DNA of 64,000 nt, taken from the IMG/VR virus record IMGVR_UViG_3300023202_000247, positions 257,462 to 321,461 of that record, one strand, 5' to 3'. This document shows positions 58,754 through 64,000 of this stretch, piece after piece; the first letter of the stretch is position 1; each line of letters opens with the position of its first letter. A model generated the notes under the pieces. That model was not told the origin of the DNA. It ran no database searches and saw only the letters and a list, made by a program, of their open reading frames with translations. The translations under genes were made by a program, and so were the position numbers.

Positions 58754-59141
58754 TTTCGAAGATGGTGGCTATATAGAGTTTACCCGCAGTAAAGAGCCAA
58801 AAAAATACTTCATTATCGTTGCAGCTAAAGATGTTAGTAGCGGTGATGTTCAAATTAACAGTGCGGATGTAACAGATGATGAATTTCAGAAGCTCATATC
58901 GGAATTTACTGATAAAATCATCGTAGAACCAGTAAAGAAAAAAGCTACGAAGAAAAAAGCAAAGAAGAAAACAGCAAGGAAAAAGACTACTAAAAAGAAA
59001 ACAACGGCAAAGAAAATGGCAAAAGAAAAAGTCGAGAAGGTGTCGAATTCGATTCATTTAGACGAAGAAGATATTCTTCAAGATAAATTAGGAGATATAG
59101 ATGAACAAAACGACGGTACAAAAGACATTGAGCAGGGTTAA
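58743..59141 (+). CDS. Hypothetical protein with a histone-H1-like Lys-rich segment
   Basis: KKKATKKKAKKKTARKKTTKKKTTAKK. Confidence 0.7.
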   Translation: MRIDFEDGGYIEFTRSKEPKKYFIIVAAKDVSSGDVQINSADVTDDEFQKLISEFTDKIIVEPVKKKATKKKAKKKTARKKTTKKKTTAKKMAKEKVEKVSNSIHLDEEDILQDKLGDIDEQNDGTKDIEQG

Positions 59142-59418
59142 TGCTCGTCAGTTTACGAATCAGACGCAAAAGGTTGCCTTCAAGCTTTTGAAGGCCACTG
59201 GTGAGTGGGTTTCAATAGGAGATTTGGGGCGTGTAGCTGGTAGCCCAGCTGCAAGAGTGCGCGATTTGCGCAAGGATCAATTTGGCAATTTCCCGGTTGA
59301 ATGTTGCTCAGCAACGGAGCTTTCTAAACGTGGAGGCAATCACAAATTCTTTTATAGAATTCCAGTTGGAAAGATTAAAAAAGATCAGTTAACAACTCTT
59401 TTTAGATCCAGCGTCTAA
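59101..59418 (+). CDS. Putative winged-HTH DNA-binding protein
   Basis: FKLL...GEWVSIGDL......AARVRDLRK..FG.F.V pattern. Confidence 0.55.
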   Translation: MNKTTVQKTLSRVNARQFTNQTQKVAFKLLKATGEWVSIGDLGRVAGSPAARVRDLRKDQFGNFPVECCSATELSKRGGNHKFFYRIPVGKIKKDQLTTLFRSSV

Positions 59419-59438
59419 GTAAAATACTTATCATTCTC

Positions 59439-59467
59439 AAAATCCCGCCTTTGGCGGGATTTTTTTT
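59439..59467 (+). terminator. Intrinsic (rho-independent) terminator, possibly bidirectional
   Basis: AAAATCCCGCC-TTT-GGCGGGATTTT stem-loop followed by a T8 tract at 59460-59467. Confidence 0.9.
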
Positions 59468-59538
59468 GTCTTCGTAAAAGCCCCTGATGGCGCTGCATAA
59501 TACGAGATATACAGTGTACTTACTAACTCGAGGACAAA

Positions 59539-61638
59539 TTGAGCTTCACTGTATATCCAAACGCTATTGACGGCTCAGATCAGCTACCAGTTGTTACAGA
59601 CAACGTAACACCGGTAAAAGCTGAAGTTGTCAATAGATATAGAGATGCCATAATAGCAATTGAATCTGAGCTTGGTATAGAGCCATCTGGAACTTATACC
59701 ACAGTTCGCGCACGTCTTGATGCCCTTGAAGGGCTGATAGGGCAAATCGGAACCGATTCTGGTAAAATTGCAGCCGTTTTAGACGAAGGCTCCATTGTTA
59801 GAACAAATGTTAGCCGTTTAAACTTCAAAGGAAGTGCAGTTACTGCAACCGCATCTGGAACTGCCGGCCAAGTCGATATAACGATAACTGGTACTGGCGG
59901 TGGTGGCGGAACTATCGTTCAAGAACAAGAAACTATTGCTGTTACCATTCTTGGACAAACTATTTTTGTACTTACCCAAAGTCCCGCTGATGCAACAGCT
60001 GTGCAAATGTATGTCAATGGACAAAAGCAAGAGTATGGCTCAGATTATACGGCACTTGGAACTACGATAACATATGCTGGCAGTTTAACGCTCCAAACTA
60101 CCGATATTGTTGAGTTTTGGTACATCGTTTCCGGAGGTGGCGGCGGTGGAGGCGGCGGTGGTGAAGACCTAGCCACCACATTGACGCTTGGTAATGCAAC
60201 GGGTGGTACAGATATAATTTTAAATGGTGGCTCTAACATCAATGCTGCTGGTAGCACTATTACATTAGATGATGATACTGATGTAAATGGTAATTTAGAA
60301 GTTACTGGTAAGCTTACCGTTACTGGTCTCATCGATCCAACTGGAATGGTTTTTGATGAGCAGGCAACGGTACCTGGCGGCGCGCCAGGTGCAGCAAAGG
60401 GAACCATTTGGGTAAGAAATGATGCACCAAATGTTTTGATATTTACTGATGACAGCGGTACTGATAATGAGCTGGCATTTGTATCTGCATTTAGCCCAAC
60501 ACTTGCAAATGTTTTGAGCAATGGTAGTATTACTGGTGGAACAGATATTACATTAACATCGGGTGATGAAGTTGTTGCCGCTGCTGGTTCTGGAAGTAAT
60601 GGCGCAGATGCTGTTTTGAGAGGTGGAGCTGCTTCAGGAGCGTTTCAGGGTGGAGATGCATCCGTCATCGGTGGTTCAGCGGCCTCTGGAACAGCCGGTC
60701 AGGTAAGCATAACGGGCGGATTGTCTGTAAGTGGCACGGGTGGTGATGTAGTTATAACATCTGGATTTGGTACGAGCACGGCAGGGGCTATCAGTTTTGT
60801 TGATGGAAATGCTGGAACACACGCATCATTTCCCGCGGCAGATGCCGGACATTTTCAGTTTGATTCAGCTGTTACCGCACGTATTACACAAGAACAATCT
60901 TCTGGAACATCAAATGGTGGTGACTTGACGGTTACGGCCCAACAAGGTGGAAGTGGTGGTGGCGCAAGGGCCGGTGGAGATTTATTGCTTAATGGTGGTA
61001 ATGGAGTTTCTGGCGGTGATGGTGGTGATATTCAGCTTACAGCTGGCAGTGGCGCTTCATCTGGAGCAATATTGTTGAATAATGATACAACTATTTCTGG
61101 CAAACTGACAGTTACTGGATTGATTGATCCAACCGGAATGGTTTTTGATGAACAAGCAACTGTTCCGGGAGGAGCACCAGGCTCTGCAAAGGGAACCATT
61201 TGGGTTAGAAATGATAGTCCTAATGTTCTAATGTTTACAGATGATGCTGGAACTGATTTTGAAATAATTCAACAATCAGCTAATCAAGAGATATCATTTA
61301 GCCTAGTAGGTGTTTTTAGCGGAGCAGCTGTACCCGGAACATTCGAGTCACCATATCACATGTTGTCAGCTAGAACTATTTCGAGTGTTAGTTTGATAAG
61401 AAGAGTTGCTGGTGACTCTGGAACTACTAGGGTTGATGTATTGAAAAACGGAGTAAGCATTTTTGCAAATGACGCAGTGAAACCACAAGTAACATCAGCC
61501 TCTGGCGATGAGTCAATAAGTACAAAAAACACATTTACCAGTTCATCTTTTTCAATCAATGATATTTTAGATATAGAATTAGAAACTGCCGAAACTGGTG
61601 GTGCACAAGATTTGAGAGTTATAGTGAGGTTTTCATAA
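59539..61638 (+). CDS. Gly/Thr-rich fibre-like virion protein with a duplicated 53-aa module
   Basis: TTG start after GAGGA; N-terminal YPNAID...AEVVN..RDAIIAIESELG segment; poly-Gly linker; internal repeats. Confidence 0.65.
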   Translation: MSFTVYPNAIDGSDQLPVVTDNVTPVKAEVVNRYRDAIIAIESELGIEPSGTYTTVRARLDALEGLIGQIGTDSGKIAAVLDEGSIVRTNVSRLNFKGSAVTATASGTAGQVDITITGTGGGGGTIVQEQETIAVTILGQTIFVLTQSPADATAVQMYVNGQKQEYGSDYTALGTTITYAGSLTLQTTDIVEFWYIVSGGGGGGGGGGEDLATTLTLGNATGGTDIILNGGSNINAAGSTITLDDDTDVNGNLEVTGKLTVTGLIDPTGMVFDEQATVPGGAPGAAKGTIWVRNDAPNVLIFTDDSGTDNELAFVSAFSPTLANVLSNGSITGGTDITLTSGDEVVAAAGSGSNGADAVLRGGAASGAFQGGDASVIGGSAASGTAGQVSITGGLSVSGTGGDVVITSGFGTSTAGAISFVDGNAGTHASFPAADAGHFQFDSAVTARITQEQSSGTSNGGDLTVTAQQGGSGGGARAGGDLLLNGGNGVSGGDGGDIQLTAGSGASSGAILLNNDTTISGKLTVTGLIDPTGMVFDEQATVPGGAPGSAKGTIWVRNDSPNVLMFTDDAGTDFEIIQQSANQEISFSLVGVFSGAAVPGTFESPYHMLSARTISSVSLIRRVAGDSGTTRVDVLKNGVSIFANDAVKPQVTSASGDESISTKNTFTSSSFSINDILDIELETAETGGAQDLRVIVRFS
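60307..61257 (+). repeat. Dispersed 159-bp coding repeat (60307-60465 and 61099-61257)
   Basis: GKLTVTGLIDPTGMVFDEQATVPGGAPG(A/S)AKGTIWVRND(A/S)PNVL(I/M)FTDD(S/A)GTD, 49/53 aa identical. Confidence 0.9.
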
Positions 61639-62528
61639 TGGCTACTATTTTTAGGGCTTTGGGTCCGAGAACACAGTTAAATTTCCCAGTTAGAACTGCG
61701 ATTATCTATTCCGGTGATGTTGATTATTCTAACATTCCGGCTGATTCATTTAGCGTAGAGTTTTCCTCTGGAGGAGTGGTAACGGTAACATTGAGCCCTC
61801 CTTATTCTGATGTTAATGATTTGGCATCAGACATACAATCACAAATAGATTCACAAGCTGGCGCTGGTGTTGGTCAATGCACACAAGTATTAGATTCTAT
61901 ATTTTTGAGAGACGTAGCAAACCAATCAGTTGAAGTAAGTGGAATGACTAATGATTTGTTTCAAATATTGCCGTTACCAAATGTATCGGTTGATATTTCT
62001 ACTTCTCCAATAACAGAAATACCATGTGCTACTAACAATCAAGATATAGCAAGTTTTTTTAACATTGCATTAAACACTTTTTCAAATTTATATGAAATAC
62101 CGGCCGGAGCGAATGAATTAACAATTTGGTCTCAGGTAACTGATAATGACGGTGAAATGGACGGATATCAACAATCAGCATTTTACTCTGTAAATTGGAC
62201 AAACGGAACCGATGGCTATATTACCGATGGTTATCTGAGTGAATCTTTTAGGGATAGTATTGTAAATACAACGCAATATCCTTTAGATGGCAATGACCCT
62301 GTTCAAAGTGCAATATTTTATCCAAGGCCAGTTGGTTTAAATGTTACAACGTCTGTAAAATCTGATGGTGTTACAACTGCTAATGATGTTGTAAAAATTC
62401 CAATACCAATGGGTGCAACTGGTATGTATATAAATGTACTTGGATATGGACAAAACTCAACAGGTGGCTCTGGTAAAACAGCCAATCCATTAACTATAAG
62501 TTTTACTATAACTTCTGGTACTAGGTGA
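61638..62528 (+). CDS. Hypothetical virion protein
   Basis: 296-aa beta-rich ORF coupled (TAATG) to the fibre gene. Confidence 0.55.
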   Translation: MATIFRALGPRTQLNFPVRTAIIYSGDVDYSNIPADSFSVEFSSGGVVTVTLSPPYSDVNDLASDIQSQIDSQAGAGVGQCTQVLDSIFLRDVANQSVEVSGMTNDLFQILPLPNVSVDISTSPITEIPCATNNQDIASFFNIALNTFSNLYEIPAGANELTIWSQVTDNDGEMDGYQQSAFYSVNWTNGTDGYITDGYLSESFRDSIVNTTQYPLDGNDPVQSAIFYPRPVGLNVTTSVKSDGVTTANDVVKIPIPMGATGMYINVLGYGQNSTGGSGKTANPLTISFTITSGTR

Positions 62529-62531
62529 TAA

Positions 62532-64000
62532 ATGGTACAGACTAGAAAAGAACAAATAAATATACTTAGGGCTTTCTGGAGTAAATACACATATACTGCT
62601 ACAGGTGGTGCTTCGTCTGACAACATTGCCGGCGCAACGTTGAATGCTGCAAGTGTAACCGGAACCGATGGTGGTGAAACGTCTACGCCTACCCGCGGTA
62701 TCGTTACAACAGGAGCATCAAACCTCGTTCGATTGCGAACTGAAAGTGACGGATATTATATTTTTGATAATACCAATGATTTAATATTTGGACGTTTAAC
62801 TTATAGTGCTCCAAACTATGTTGTAAGTTATTATAAAATTTCTGGAGGTTCAGAAATTTCAACCACATTGCCTGGTAGCATTGGCGATGTAGAAATGCTT
62901 TATCCAGAGGTAATGAACTTTGGAGAAATACCGGCAAATGCTCATATAATTGATGAAGCTGGGTTCGGTTTTCAAGATACCGCCATTGGTGGTGGAGGTG
63001 GTGGAGGAGGTGGCGGATCTCTTACGCCGCCAAACGATCCAGCCGATGATAATAAAGTAGCTTATGCATCAGGTGGAGACCTTGCTTATGCAACAAATGT
63101 ATTAACAGATGGATCATCTTATGTATCTATTGGTGCAACCCCTGCATCGGGTGGTCAATTAAGGTTAGCAAATACAGCGACAATTACAGCAAGAGATAAT
63201 GGAGATAGTGCGGATTTAACATTAATAGATAGTGGAACTAATGATTATGTAAGAGTTGGTGGCGATGGTTCTAATGTCCTTGGGGCGTCTCTTTACAGTA
63301 ATAGTTCCGAGATTTTTAGAGTTCAATCCGCTGGTGTAACAATTCAAAACACCAGTTTAATGCAATTTTCTGGATCTAGCTCCAACAATCCAACGATAAG
63401 ACAAGCAAATACGGGCTCAGGTGATGGTGATACATTTACAATTCAGGCTCAGAATGCTACTGGTGGTGGAACAGATGGTGGTGATTTAGTACTTAATTCC
63501 GGAACTGGCACAAATGATGATGGATATGTATATATACAAAATGGCGGCACCGATACTATGGAAATCGGTTCTGGTAATGTTACAATTAACGGAAAACTAA
63601 CTGTTACTGGTCTAATCGATCCTACCGGTCTTCAATTAGACCCACAAGGTTCTTCACCGGCCAATAACTCAATTTGGATTGAAAATACATCACCAACTGT
63701 TTTAAAATTTACAAATAATGCAGGCTCGACTATAACATTGGGTTCAGGGGGAGGATTGACGCCTCCAAACGATCCGGCTGATGATAATAAAGTTTCTTAT
63801 GCATCTGGCGGCGATCTTGCTTATGCTACGAATGTGTTTACTGACGGATCTTATGTATCTATTGGTGCAACCACTGCAACTGCTGGTAGTTTGAGACTTG
63901 CTAATGCCGGATCTATTACCGCAAGAAACAACGCCGATAGTGCTGATGTGTCGTTGATTACTCTGAACTCATCTGACCAAACGGAAATACAGGGCGCTAC
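62532..64000 (+). CDS. Gly-rich modular fibre-like virion protein, 3'-truncated by window edge (absent from ORF track)
   Basis: Frame open from ATG 62532 to the end (MVQTRKEQINILRAFWSK...); poly-Gly linker; repeated LTPPNDPADDNKV modules at 63021 and 63756. Confidence 0.8.
   Translation, partial: MVQTRKEQINILRAFWSKYTYTATGGASSDNIAGATLNAASVTGTDGGETSTPTRGIVTTGASNLVRLRTESDGYYIFDNTNDLIFGRLTYSAPNYVVSYYKISGGSEISTTLPGSIGDVEMLYPEVMNFGEIPANAHIIDEAGFGFQDTAIGGGGGGGGGGSLTPPNDPADDNKVAYASGGDLAYATNVLTDGSSYVSIGATPASGGQLRLANTATITARDNGDSADLTLIDSGTNDYVRVGGDGSNVLGASLYSNSSEIFRVQSAGVTIQNTSLMQFSGSSSNNPTIRQANTGSGDGDTFTIQAQNATGGGTDGGDLVLNSGTGTNDDGYVYIQNGGTDTMEIGSGNVTINGKLTVTGLIDPTGLQLDPQGSSPANNSIWIENTSPTVLKFTNNAGSTITLGSGGGLTPPNDPADDNKVSYASGGDLAYATNVFTDGSYVSIGATTATAGSLRLANAGSITARNNADSADVSLITLNSSDQTEIQGA

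Noticed and set aside
1-64000. Stop-codon reassignment (code 15 or 4), as in some jumbo phages
   Set aside because: Genes are full-length under the standard code and TAG, TGA and TAA all end conserved genes. The one premature TAG (31175) needs a frame change, not readthrough.
60307-64000. Diversity-generating retroelement TR/VR pair
   Set aside because: Repeat differences are mostly synonymous and not adenine-specific, both copies are in coding frame, and there is no reverse transcriptase in the window.
1-64000. CRISPR array, tRNA or rRNA genes
   Set aside because: Intergenic gaps are nearly all under 120 bp, with no repeat-spacer periodicity or cloverleaf seen.

Overview
The window reads as a 64-kb segment of a large contractile-tailed (myovirus-like, probably jumbo) bacteriophage genome. 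It is densely coding, almost all on the + strand, and uses the standard genetic code. There are four blocks. (1) 1-21.5 kb: baseplate/tail module with hub, spike, gp25, baseplate J, a 2226-aa LamG-containing wedge protein, a dockerin-containing protein, an inserted HNH gene and an Acb1-like 2H phosphoesterase. (2) 21.5-45.2 kb: a roughly 24-kb glycan-biosynthesis locus with about 10 glycosyltransferases (including GT10 and GT11 fucosyltransferase types), gmd, fcl, rmlB, a DegT aminotransferase, WbqC, an acetyltransferase, a methyltransferase, a PhyH dioxygenase and two sulfotransferases. (3) 45.2-59.4 kb: tubulin/FtsZ-family GTPase, UvsW-like helicase, DnaC- and DnaB-like proteins, sigma-70 factor, intein-containing class II RNR, methionine aminopeptidase and Lys-rich proteins, ending at an intrinsic terminator. 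(4) 59.5-64 kb: Gly-rich modular fibre-like virion proteins. Three observations stand out: an ATATAT element in every intergenic gap of the structural and glycan blocks (bidirectional at three divergent junctions), a strongly enriched DGY tripeptide restricted to virion proteins, and a nucleotide-sugar and transferase set that parallels giant-virus glycosylation. Together they suggest a phage-encoded virion glycosylation/sulfation system, which is inference. All family calls are from motif recognition by eye, with no database searches.
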